A DNA stretch of 60,040 nt from a virus. The position numbers and the translations under genes are program-made. The notes under the pieces are model-generated. The model made no database searches. It saw only the letters and a list, made by a program, of their open reading frames with translations, and was not told the DNA's origin. Every line of letters begins with the position of its first letter. Position 1 is the stretch's first letter. Of this stretch, positions 50,377 through 57,960 are shown piece by piece. Location of the stretch: positions 1 through 60,040 of IMG/VR virus record IMGVR_UViG_3300044765_000177. One strand, 5' to 3'.

Positions 50377-51787
50377 CGGCCGCCGCCGCATCGGTCAGTG
50401 CCGTGTCCGGCTTCGGCCCGAACAAGCTCGCCGGGTCGCCGCCGAGGATCCGTGAGGCCTGCCGGTCGGCCTGCTCGCGCCACTGTGCGATCTCCGTCTG
50501 GGAGGCACCCCAGCGCTCCCACAGCGCCTCCCGCGGCACCCCGAGCGTGCTCATCTTCACCAGGGCGTCGACCAACTCGCCCTCCGTCCTGAACTCGGGG
50601 TTGTGCCAGATCACCTCAAGCGATGCCAGGTCGCGGTCGTCGCCCGCAGCCCGCAGGTACAGGCGGACGATCTCCTCCAGGCCCTCGCCGAGCGGACGCT
50701 GCCGCTGCCTGACCTTGGACACCAGGCCGGACTCGGTCGCCTTCAGCGTCTCGCCGTTGACGTTGCTGAGCTTGCCCAGCAGGTACTGGGCCGGAGTGCG
50801 GGTGCGCGCGGCCATATGCTGCACGTCCGACTCGATCGAATCCAGGTACGGCCGCAGGTCGGTCGCCTGGAACTCGCCGACCTTGACGTTCTCGTCCTGG
50901 ATCACCCACAGCCGGTCGACCGCGGCCTTGAACGGCTCGATCGCCTGGCCGTTGTCGTCGACCGGCACCTCGTAGCCGGTCATCCACCGCTGCCGGAACG
51001 CGGAGAACTCCTGCGCCATCATCCGGTCGATGAGCGTCTTGTTGATGCGGTCCTGGATGTCGAGGACGTCCTCGATCTCCGAGTGCGCCTCACCTAGCAG
51101 GTCCGGCCGGTTCTGGATCTCGACCAGCGGGACCTCGCCCAGCGGGTTCGGCGCCGGCCACGGCTCGCCCTGCACTGCGCGCTGCACCCATCGCGGCTTC
51201 GACACACCCTGGGGCGGCTTCGGCGCCTGGAACTTGTACAGGCCGTCCGGCAGATACACCGTCGCCATCAGCTCGCCGGTCCAGTCGTCCAGCCACGTCT
51301 TCAGCCCAGCGGCCCGCTCCCGACGGCTACCTGGCTTGTAGGCGACGATCGCCTGCGTGGCGTCCTCCGCCGTGATGATCGGCGTTGCCGCATCGTCCGG
51401 GTTCGGGGCGACCAGCGCGAACGCGCGGCCGATCTTCACCGCCTCCGTAATGAGGAGGTCGGAGTCGGCGTCCATCGAGGACGCCTGCCAGATCCGCCAC
51501 GCTTCGTCGTCGCCGACCTTCTCGTCGCCCAGCCGGAACCCGTCCACCTGGATGCGCTCCGCCGTGGCGTCGACGACCAGGCCCACATAGTTCGAGCGGG
51601 CCTGCTTCAGCAGCCGCTGGAACGCCGGCCGCGCCTTGTCCTGGATCATGGGCAACGGATGGTCGCCCGAGTAGTACTGCCGCATGCACTCCGCGTACTC
51701 GCGACGCTTGGCCAGCTCATCCCACAACCGGTCCAGCCACCACTCCGCGGAACCGATCCCAAGCTTCTGCGACAGGGCCACGAGCAC
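50360..51787 (-). CDS. Portal protein (475 aa)
   Basis: ORF track; size and position after TerL. Confidence 0.85.
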   Translation of the reverse strand: MLVALSQKLGIGSAEWWLDRLWDELAKRREYAECMRQYYSGDHPLPMIQDKARPAFQRLLKQARSNYVGLVVDATAERIQVDGFRLGDEKVGDDEAWRIWQASSMDADSDLLITEAVKIGRAFALVAPNPDDAATPIITAEDATQAIVAYKPGSRRERAAGLKTWLDDWTGELMATVYLPDGLYKFQAPKPPQGVSKPRWVQRAVQGEPWPAPNPLGEVPLVEIQNRPDLLGEAHSEIEDVLDIQDRINKTLIDRMMAQEFSAFRQRWMTGYEVPVDDNGQAIEPFKAAVDRLWVIQDENVKVGEFQATDLRPYLDSIESDVQHMAARTRTPAQYLLGKLSNVNGETLKATESGLVSKVRQRQRPLGEGLEEIVRLYLRAAGDDRDLASLEVIWHNPEFRTEGELVDALVKMSTLGVPREALWERWGASQTEIAQWREQADRQASRILGGDPASLFGPKPDTALTDAAAADGNAD

Positions 51788-51796
51788 CCCCTCGCA

Positions 51797-53536
51797 TCAG
51801 AATCCGACCGCCACCCGGCTCTTCGCCTTCGGCCGCCGCAGGTATCCGTCCAGACCCATCACCGTCGCCGCGATCCCGTCGATGCGGGCCTGGCTCTTGC
51901 GCCGGTCCGGCTTCGTGGGCCGGTAGTTGTCGTTGCCGTCCGCGATCGTCTCCACGCAGCCGGCCATCCACCGCAGGATCGGATGCCCGCCGTGCCGGAA
52001 CCTCTGCTCCAGCAGTAGCCGGTCCAGCTCCTTGCATGCGGGCGACAGCCCGAGGAACGTCTGGCTGATCGGCGTCACCTTCACGCCGCGCCGTGTCTCC
52101 CGGTCCACGTTCTGCACGAGCTGCCCGGCGAACATCCGGTCGTAGCCGATCCACTGCACGTCGAAGTGCTTGCAGTCCGCCAGCACTTGCTTCTCGATCG
52201 CGTCGTAGTCGATCGCATCGCCCTCGGTCAGCTTCAGGAAGCCCTCACGGGCCCACTGCGCCAGCGGCACCTGCAGATGCCGCTGCAGATCCTCGAGCCG
52301 CTCCGACGGCAGCCAGAACCTGGAGACCAGCTCGACCTCGACGCCAGGCTGCTTCGACTCCACCGCCAGCACCCAGGCGCTGAGGTCCGACACTGCGGAC
52401 AGGTCCAGGCCGCCCCACGCCCGTCGGCCCCTCAGCGTCTCCGCGTCCACCATTCCCGCCACCCGGTCCCAGGACCGGACGTCGATCCAGCGGGTCGACG
52501 CCTTCTCGCGGATGTTCAGCGACAGCCGAAGGAACGTCGGAAAGTACGAGGGCGTAGCCTGCGCCTTGCCCGCCTCGCGCCGCAGATACGCCAGCGTCGG
52601 CGACGTGCCGAGGCCCGGGTTCGCGCGGCGCCAGGTCCGCTCGTCGAACGGGTCATCGGTCTCATCTGCGGCCCAGATCACGCCGTAGTGCGCCGGATCC
52701 TCCACGACGTGCTCGGCGACCTTGCGGGTGTAGCTGTGCTTCTCGTCGTAGATCGAGCCCTCTTGCGCGTCATCCGCGGTCGTGATGTACACGATCAGCG
52801 GCTGATCCCGCGCACCGGTGCCCGTCTCGATCGCGTCGATCAGGTCCCGGCTCTTGTGGACGTGGACCTCGTCGATCACCGCGCCCGAGACGTTCAGGCC
52901 GTGCGCCGTCTCCGCGATCCGCGACAAGGCCCGGAAGACCCCTCCCGTCCGCGGCACCCGGATCACCGAGGTGAGCACCTCGGCGCGGCCCTTCACCGCC
53001 TTCGACGTCTGCGCCATCCGCTTCGCGTCGTCGAACACCCGCTTGGCCTGCTCCAGCGAGCCGGCCGCCGCATACACCTCGGCACCCGTCTCGCGGTCCG
53101 CGAGCAGCAGCGTCAGGCCGATCCCCGAGGAGAGCGTGCTCTTGCCGTTCTTCCTGGGAATCTCGATCCAGCACGAGCGCACCACCCGCACCGGCCGGTC
53201 CAGCTCCGGGTCATGCCACAGCCAGCCGAACACCGGCAGAATCACCCACAGCTTCTGCCAGCCGGCCAGCCGCAGGAACGTGCCGCCCCACCGGCCCTTG
53301 GTGTGCTTGAACGACTCGATAGCCCGCAGCGCCCGCCGGGCGGCATCCACGTCGAACCAAGCACCCGCCTGCTCCGGCATCTGGAACGCCGACACCAGCG
53401 GCCGGGACAACAGAGCGTCGGCGATCTCCTCGTCCGGCATACCCAGCGCGTGCAAGGCCGCCCGGGGAACGGGCAGACCCTCCTCACGGTCCTGCGCGGA
53501 GAGCTGCTCAGTCGAAGGGGTCGTCTTCGTCGCCAT
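51797..53536 (-). CDS. Terminase large subunit (579 aa; alternative GTG 53545)
   Basis: Walker A-like EIPRKNGKST, VIDEVH; ATG 53536 after GGAGGG. Confidence 0.9.
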   Translation of the reverse strand: MATKTTPSTEQLSAQDREEGLPVPRAALHALGMPDEEIADALLSRPLVSAFQMPEQAGAWFDVDAARRALRAIESFKHTKGRWGGTFLRLAGWQKLWVILPVFGWLWHDPELDRPVRVVRSCWIEIPRKNGKSTLSSGIGLTLLLADRETGAEVYAAAGSLEQAKRVFDDAKRMAQTSKAVKGRAEVLTSVIRVPRTGGVFRALSRIAETAHGLNVSGAVIDEVHVHKSRDLIDAIETGTGARDQPLIVYITTADDAQEGSIYDEKHSYTRKVAEHVVEDPAHYGVIWAADETDDPFDERTWRRANPGLGTSPTLAYLRREAGKAQATPSYFPTFLRLSLNIREKASTRWIDVRSWDRVAGMVDAETLRGRRAWGGLDLSAVSDLSAWVLAVESKQPGVEVELVSRFWLPSERLEDLQRHLQVPLAQWAREGFLKLTEGDAIDYDAIEKQVLADCKHFDVQWIGYDRMFAGQLVQNVDRETRRGVKVTPISQTFLGLSPACKELDRLLLEQRFRHGGHPILRWMAGCVETIADGNDNYRPTKPDRRKSQARIDGIAATVMGLDGYLRRPKAKSRVAVGF

Positions 53537-54017
53537 CGTCGCCACCCTCCGGCGGCGTCAGCCGGCCACGCGCGGACGGTGACAGGCCCAGCTCGCCGAT
53601 GTACCGGGCCAGTTGCTGCCGGTACTGGCCCACCACCGTCGTCGCGCCGTTCTTCTGCCAGCCCCGTTCGCCCCTCATCAGCAGCCCGTGCAGGGAGATT
53701 TCCCGCTCGCACTGGTCGATCCGGGCGACACAGATGCAGTAGTCGGTGACGGTCTGGGTGTCGACCTCGGCCAGGCCTGCCGTGAACTTGAGCACCGGGA
53801 CCACGCGGCGCCACTCGCGGCGGGCGATCTCCCGGCAGCGCGCGTTGATCTCCCGCTGCCGGTCATCGCCGCGGACGGCCGGGAACGATTCGAGCCAGTT
53901 CGGCTCGGCCAGCTCCGATGGGGGGAGCTTGACGCCCTCGCGGACAGGCCGGCGGTTCGGGTTGCCCTCGCGGACGATCTGGAGAGGGGGCTTCGGCTTT
54001 CTCCCGGCGACTGCCAC
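53508..54017 (-). CDS. Terminase small subunit, P27-like (169 aa; track start 54068 has poor codon bias)
   Basis: GRKPKPPLQIVREGNP...; GTG 54017. Confidence 0.75.
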   Translation of the reverse strand: MAVAGRKPKPPLQIVREGNPNRRPVREGVKLPPSELAEPNWLESFPAVRGDDRQREINARCREIARREWRRVVPVLKFTAGLAEVDTQTVTDYCICVARIDQCEREISLHGLLMRGERGWQKNGATTVVGQYRQQLARYIGELGLSPSARGRLTPPEGGDDGDEDDPFD

Positions 54018-54206
54018 GAGACCACCCCCGACCCGTACCCGAATATCCGAATTGACCGTTCCGCGCAAATTCCTTGATCAGCGCCGCCACCCTTTTCCCT
54101 CCCCCGCGGTCCGGCCATGATTGTCTCGGGGGGTACACCCCACCTCGTACCGTTATGTCTGTTTTGCACGGCAGGTCCAATGTGTTCCCGCAGATCAGAG
54201 CCCTGA
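54018..54206. other. Non-coding, lower-G+C gap between the HNH-associated genes and terS; candidate cos/packaging-site region
   Basis: No ORF; small inverted repeats GATCAG agcc CTGATC and GGTAC...GTACC; location. Confidence 0.35.
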
Positions 54207-54398
54207 TCACTCGCCCTTGGCCTTGCGAGTCCGCGCCGCCTTCTTGGCCATCCGCGACCGCTGCTCGTGCGTCTTGCCAGCGTTGGCGATCCGCGCAGCG
54301 CTGCGCTTGCCGAGTCGGCCCTTGAGCGCCTCGTACACCCTGCCTCGGCCTGCCACGATGCCTCGGATACGTCCACCCTGACCCTTCGGCACGGTCAT
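54207..54398 (-). CDS. Small highly basic protein (63 aa)
   Basis: ATG 54398 overlaps the HNH stop. Confidence 0.6.
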   Translation of the reverse strand: MTVPKGQGGRIRGIVAGRGRVYEALKGRLGKRSAARIANAGKTHEQRSRMAKKAARTRKAKGE

Positions 54399-54751
54399 CA
54401 CCTCCGCTGTTCGGCTGCCCAGCCGCCGGGCTGGTGCTGTGCGGTCTGACTGCTGTGGCAGGGCTTGCACAGCCCGCGCCCGAACTGCGGATCGTCGGCG
54501 TCCAGGCCCTCACGCTCCAGCTGCTGCCTGGACTTGGGCCAGTGGTCCGCCTCGGTCGCTGGTGCACGTCGGCACAGGACACACACAGGCTGGGCATCCA
54601 GCACGCCACGGCGGAAGCGGCCCTCATGCCGCTTGCCGTAGCCCCGCTGCCGGGCACCACCTCTGGCCCTCACGTCGCGGCCATGCTTCGGGCACGGCTT
54701 CGTGTACTCACAGCCAGGGCGCGAGCAGGGAGGCGCGGGGCGGGACGGCAT
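54398..54751 (-). CDS. HNH endonuclease, terminase-associated (117 aa)
   Basis: CVLCRR...ADHWPKSR...CKPCHSSQT; ATG 54751 after GGAGG. Confidence 0.85.
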   Translation of the reverse strand: MPSRPAPPCSRPGCEYTKPCPKHGRDVRARGGARQRGYGKRHEGRFRRGVLDAQPVCVLCRRAPATEADHWPKSRQQLEREGLDADDPQFGRGLCKPCHSSQTAQHQPGGWAAEQRR

Positions 54752-54813
54752 CGCCACCTCCTGCCAGGGAAGCAGGCCCCCTCAGGCAGGAACCCGGTAC
54801 GCGAGGATGGGCA

Positions 54814-55146
54814 TCAGACCCGGATGGCTTGGAGGGTGACCTCGGCGCTGGACACGTCGAAGTTGAGGGTGGTGCCGTAGTCGGTGGGCGGGAACGGGCC
54901 GAGCACCTGCGTCTCGCCGGCGGGGATGGACTCCTGCCTGGTGGGGCTGGTGAGTCCGTCGACGGTGCGCGCCGTCTGGAAGGTGATGGTGCGCGCCGTG
55001 CTGGCGCCGTTGGTGTTCTTGGCGATGAGGATGATGCGGCCGTCGTTGGCGATGGCGTTGCCGTTGGTGGCGTCTCCGGCGACGGCGGCGGGCAGTACGG
55101 CGCCCGCGCGGATGGCCTGGACGGCGTTGATCGTGGTGCGGGCCAT
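54814..55146 (-). CDS. Hypothetical beta-rich protein (110 aa)
   Basis: ORF track; ATG after AGGAG. Confidence 0.7.
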   Translation of the reverse strand: MARTTINAVQAIRAGAVLPAAVAGDATNGNAIANDGRIILIAKNTNGASTARTITFQTARTVDGLTSPTRQESIPAGETQVLGPFPPTDYGTTLNFDVSSAEVTLQAIRV

Positions 55147-55155
55147 GGGCTGCTC

Positions 55156-55443
55156 CTAGGTGACGGTGAGGATCCCGGCTCGGCGGACGATGTCCTCGGC
55201 TCCGGGCGGGTCGACGCGCACCCACACCTTGTAGTCGCCTGCGGTGAGGACGAGGTCGGCGCCGGGTCCGATGAGGATGCGGGCGGCCCCGTCGGCCCAG
55301 GCCGCGGTCTGCCACTCGTCCGCGGCCGGGTTGGCGCGGTGGGCGACGACGGCGATGTGGACGGGCGCGCCGGCCAGGTCGACACCGGCGGGGGCGGTGA
55401 CGGGTACGTGCAGGTATTCGGTGCTGCTGGCGGGGATCACCAT
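55156..55443 (-). CDS. Hypothetical Ig-like beta-rich protein (95 aa)
   Basis: ATG 55443 or GTG 55440 overlapping the upstream stop. Confidence 0.65.
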   Translation of the reverse strand: MVIPASSTEYLHVPVTAPAGVDLAGAPVHIAVVAHRANPAADEWQTAAWADGAARILIGPGADLVLTAGDYKVWVRVDPPGAEDIVRRAGILTVT

Positions 55444-56417
55444 GGCGCACCCACCTCCCACGCGCTGGGCTGGAGCTCGCCGACGGTGTAGACCGCGCCG
55501 TGCGGGGCGCCGACGGTGATGTCGATGTCCGTGTCCGGGCCTGCTGCGGCGAGCGGGCGCGCGGTGGCCTGCTCGACGGCCGGGCCGAGGACAGCGGTCT
55601 TGGCGCCCACGAGGGGCCGTGCGGTCTCAACGGCAGCAGCCGAGCTGAGGCTTCGGCTCAGCGCCGCCGTGAGGGCCTGCGCGCTCTCCGCCTCGGCTGC
55701 CGGGGCGAGCAGCGCGGTCTTCGTCCCCGCGAGGCCCTGCGCGGTCGCGGTCTCCGTGGCGATGCCGAGGACGGCAATTTTGCTGCCGACCAGAGCCTGC
55801 GCGGCCTCAACGGCTCCCGCGGTTCCGAGCTGGAGCGCCTTCGCCCCGGTGAGGGGCTGAGCGGTCTCGGCGCTGGCCGCGAGGGTGAGCGTCGCACCGG
55901 CGGTGATGTCGGCGGCGGCGAAGTTGTCGTAGCGGACGGCGGCGGACGACTCGGAGCGGATGCCGACGCTCGTGCCGGTGGGGACGTCGGTGTTGGTGAC
56001 GTTGACCCGTTCGACGCCGTTGACGAAGCCGCGGACGGTCGAGCCGACGGCCTGGACGCGCGCCACGTCGCCGGGGGCCGCAGCCGCCGTGTAGGAGCCG
56101 ATGACGAGGAAGCTGCCGCCGACGACCGCGAAGAGGTCCCAGGTGGAGCCGTTGTTTCGCCACAGGTAGCCCTGGCTGATGTTGGCGTTGCCCCTGCACC
56201 ACACGCCCTGGCTGACTGCGGCGGTGGAGACGATGGTGACCTGCGCGTAGTGGTCGCTGCTCGCCATGGCCGTGGCCGCGCGAAGGATGATCGTGCCGCC
56301 TGCGGAGCCCGGCGAAAGCTGCTGGGAGACGATCGACCAGTCGCCGGACACCTCCACCCAGCCGGCGCCGAGGTCGGTGGAGTCGGGGCGGTTGAAGTCG
56401 TCGGTAAAGCTCGCCAC
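55437..56417 (-). CDS. Protein with an N-terminal ConA/LamG-like lectin-type domain and a C-terminal array of ~19-aa Ala-rich repeats (326 aa)
   Basis: ORF track; repeats of the form AxExAQxLxGxKxAxL, about six copies. Confidence 0.75.
   Translation of the reverse strand: MASFTDDFNRPDSTDLGAGWVEVSGDWSIVSQQLSPGSAGGTIILRAATAMASSDHYAQVTIVSTAAVSQGVWCRGNANISQGYLWRNNGSTWDLFAVVGGSFLVIGSYTAAAAPGDVARVQAVGSTVRGFVNGVERVNVTNTDVPTGTSVGIRSESSAAVRYDNFAAADITAGATLTLAASAETAQPLTGAKALQLGTAGAVEAAQALVGSKIAVLGIATETATAQGLAGTKTALLAPAAEAESAQALTAALSRSLSSAAAVETARPLVGAKTAVLGPAVEQATARPLAAAGPDTDIDITVGAPHGAVYTVGELQPSAWEVGAPW
55487..55850 (-). repeat. In-frame tandem coding repeats (~57 nt unit, about six copies)
   Basis: Seen in the translation of 55437..56417; boundaries approximate. 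Confidence 0.6.
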
Positions 56418-56432
56418 GACGCCCCCAGGCCG

Positions 56433-56879
56433 CTATGCCGCCGAGGTGCTGCGGTAGAAGTCGGAGATCGACAGGGTGAAGTTGCTGCCGTCGGGCGTCC
56501 AGGTCAGGTCGTGCTTGGTGAGGGGGATCAGGTCGGCGTCGGTGCCCGTGGTGGTGTCGGGGTCGTAGCAGATGACCACTGCGCCGACCGGGTTGCCGGT
56601 GGGCGCGGTCCAGGTGACGTCGGCTGCGTCGACGGCGACGCGGTCGTTGGTGTCGTCGACGGTGACCGTGACACCCGACAGGGTCTTGCGGCCGACGGTG
56701 GTCTGCTCGTTCGTCGTCCCGGCGACCACGTCGGCGAGGGTGTCCTTGTCGCGCAGCACCGCGTCCGACTCCAGCCCGCTGGCCTCCAGCGCGACGAGGA
56801 CGAGGCCGTCGTTGGCGGCGGGCAGGGAGGCGTAGTAGGCGACCATGCCCAACGCCCGGTTGAAGACGATGTTCGCCAT
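56433..56879 (-). CDS. Hypothetical beta-rich protein (148 aa)
   Basis: ATG 56879 within track ORF 56433..57182. Confidence 0.7.
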   Translation of the reverse strand: MANIVFNRALGMVAYYASLPAANDGLVLVALEASGLESDAVLRDKDTLADVVAGTTNEQTTVGRKTLSGVTVTVDDTNDRVAVDAADVTWTAPTGNPVGAVVICYDPDTTTGTDADLIPLTKHDLTWTPDGSNFTLSISDFYRSTSAA

Positions 56880-56947
56880 CGGGGCCTCCTCGGCGGCGGG
56901 TTGGTGGAGCCCCGCCGCCCGGACGGGGTCGACGGGCGGCGGGGAGC

Positions 56948-57175
56948 TCAGGCGGCGCGGGCGCCTTCGGGCAGCGGCGGTGCCTGTCCGGGCGCGAGCT
57001 GCTCTCGCGTGTACTCGTCGCGGGGGGCTTTGATCAGGTCGAACACGTAGTAGCGGGCCTGTCGGCCCGTGCCGGTCTTCCGGATGCGGCCCTCGGAGGC
57101 CCAGCGCCAGATAGTGCCCACGGGCACGCCCGCGTAATAGGCTGCATCGGCGGCGGTGACGTAGCCGGGAGGCAT
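56948..57175 (-). CDS. Excisionase-family (HTH_17) DNA-binding protein at the head of the late operon (75 aa)
   Basis: VTAADAAYYAGVPVGTIWRWASEGRI; ATG 57175 after GGGGAGGTG. Confidence 0.75.
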   Translation of the reverse strand: MPPGYVTAADAAYYAGVPVGTIWRWASEGRIRKTGTGRQARYYVFDLIKAPRDEYTREQLAPGQAPPLPEGARAA

Positions 57176-57276
57176 GCTGCACCTCCCCCAGGAACGCCGA
57201 AGGGCCACCGCGCGCGCGATGACCCTGGGGACACTTGTATCAGATTGAACGAAGTTTCCTTCGGTCCTGGTCGGGA

Positions 57277-57282
57277 TGTCAA
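57277..57282 (-). promoter_or_regulatory. Perfect TTGACA -35-like hexamer in the lowest-G+C stretch upstream of the late operon
   Basis: Minus strand cTTGACAtcc...; only a weak -10 candidate (GAAACT) 18 nt downstream. Confidence 0.25.
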
Positions 57283-57311
57283 GTGGCTGGAGGTGCGGGC
57301 GAGTCGTCCGC

Positions 57312-57500
57312 TCAGCGGTCGAGGCGCCGCGTGACGACGGCGCCGCCAACGACGGCGATCACGATGTACACCGCCAGCCCGATCAACATGCGGCCGGTGC
57401 TCGGATCTCCGGGCAGCGCGATCAGGGCGAGAGCGATCACACCGAGGATGAGCGGGGCGAGAATCGTGTACAGCCAGTACAGGGAGTGGTAGCGCTCCAT
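57312..57500 (-). CDS. Small two-TM membrane protein (62 aa)
   Basis: ATG 57500 after AAGGAG; hydrophobic helices. Confidence 0.7.
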   Translation of the reverse strand: MERYHSLYWLYTILAPLILGVIALALIALPGDPSTGRMLIGLAVYIVIAVVGGAVVTRRLDR

Positions 57501-57511
57501 CGGGTGCTCCT

Positions 57512-57952
57512 TCAGTGCCGGTGGTTGGTCTTGGCGAAGAGCCCGGTCGTCTTGCTCTGCACGGTCCGCTGGTCGACGGGCCCGTTGTAGTGGTGGTGGT
57601 GCACGTCCGGGACCGCGGTGGCCGTCCGGCGCACGAGCCGGGCCAGGGCGAGGATCGGCACGGCGACCGCAGCAGGGGCCGCGCAGATGAGGCCGATGAC
57701 GGTGGGGTCGGCGTGCTCGGAGGCGACCAGGATCGCCGTGGCGACGAGGCCGGGCGGCACGGATGCCAGGCTGCAGTACATGACGGCCCGGCTGATCTCG
57801 GTGGCCTTCTGCGACATGGCCGGCGCTCCGGGCTGCTGAACGGGGGGCGTCGGGCCGTAGGCCGGCAGGGGGGTGTCGTCGCGGTAGGAGGTGGGCGGGC
57901 ACATGGCCTCTTCCACGGCGGCGACGAGCTTCGGGTCAGGCTGGACGGTCAC
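57512..57952 (-). CDS. Membrane protein directly downstream of the translocase gene, Spd-like position (146 aa)
   Basis: GTG 57952 after AGGAG; two hydrophobic helices; the rest of track ORF 57512..58687 overlaps the translocase gene and is junk. Confidence 0.7.
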   Translation of the reverse strand: MTVQPDPKLVAAVEEAMCPPTSYRDDTPLPAYGPTPPVQQPGAPAMSQKATEISRAVMYCSLASVPPGLVATAILVASEHADPTVIGLICAAPAAVAVPILALARLVRRTATAVPDVHHHHYNGPVDQRTVQSKTTGLFAKTNHRH

Positions 57953-57960
57953 GGGGGCTC

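Noticed and set aside
55487-55850. Non-coding minisatellite
   Set aside because: The repeats are in frame within a long, well-behaved ORF and translate to a regular Ala-rich peptide repeat.
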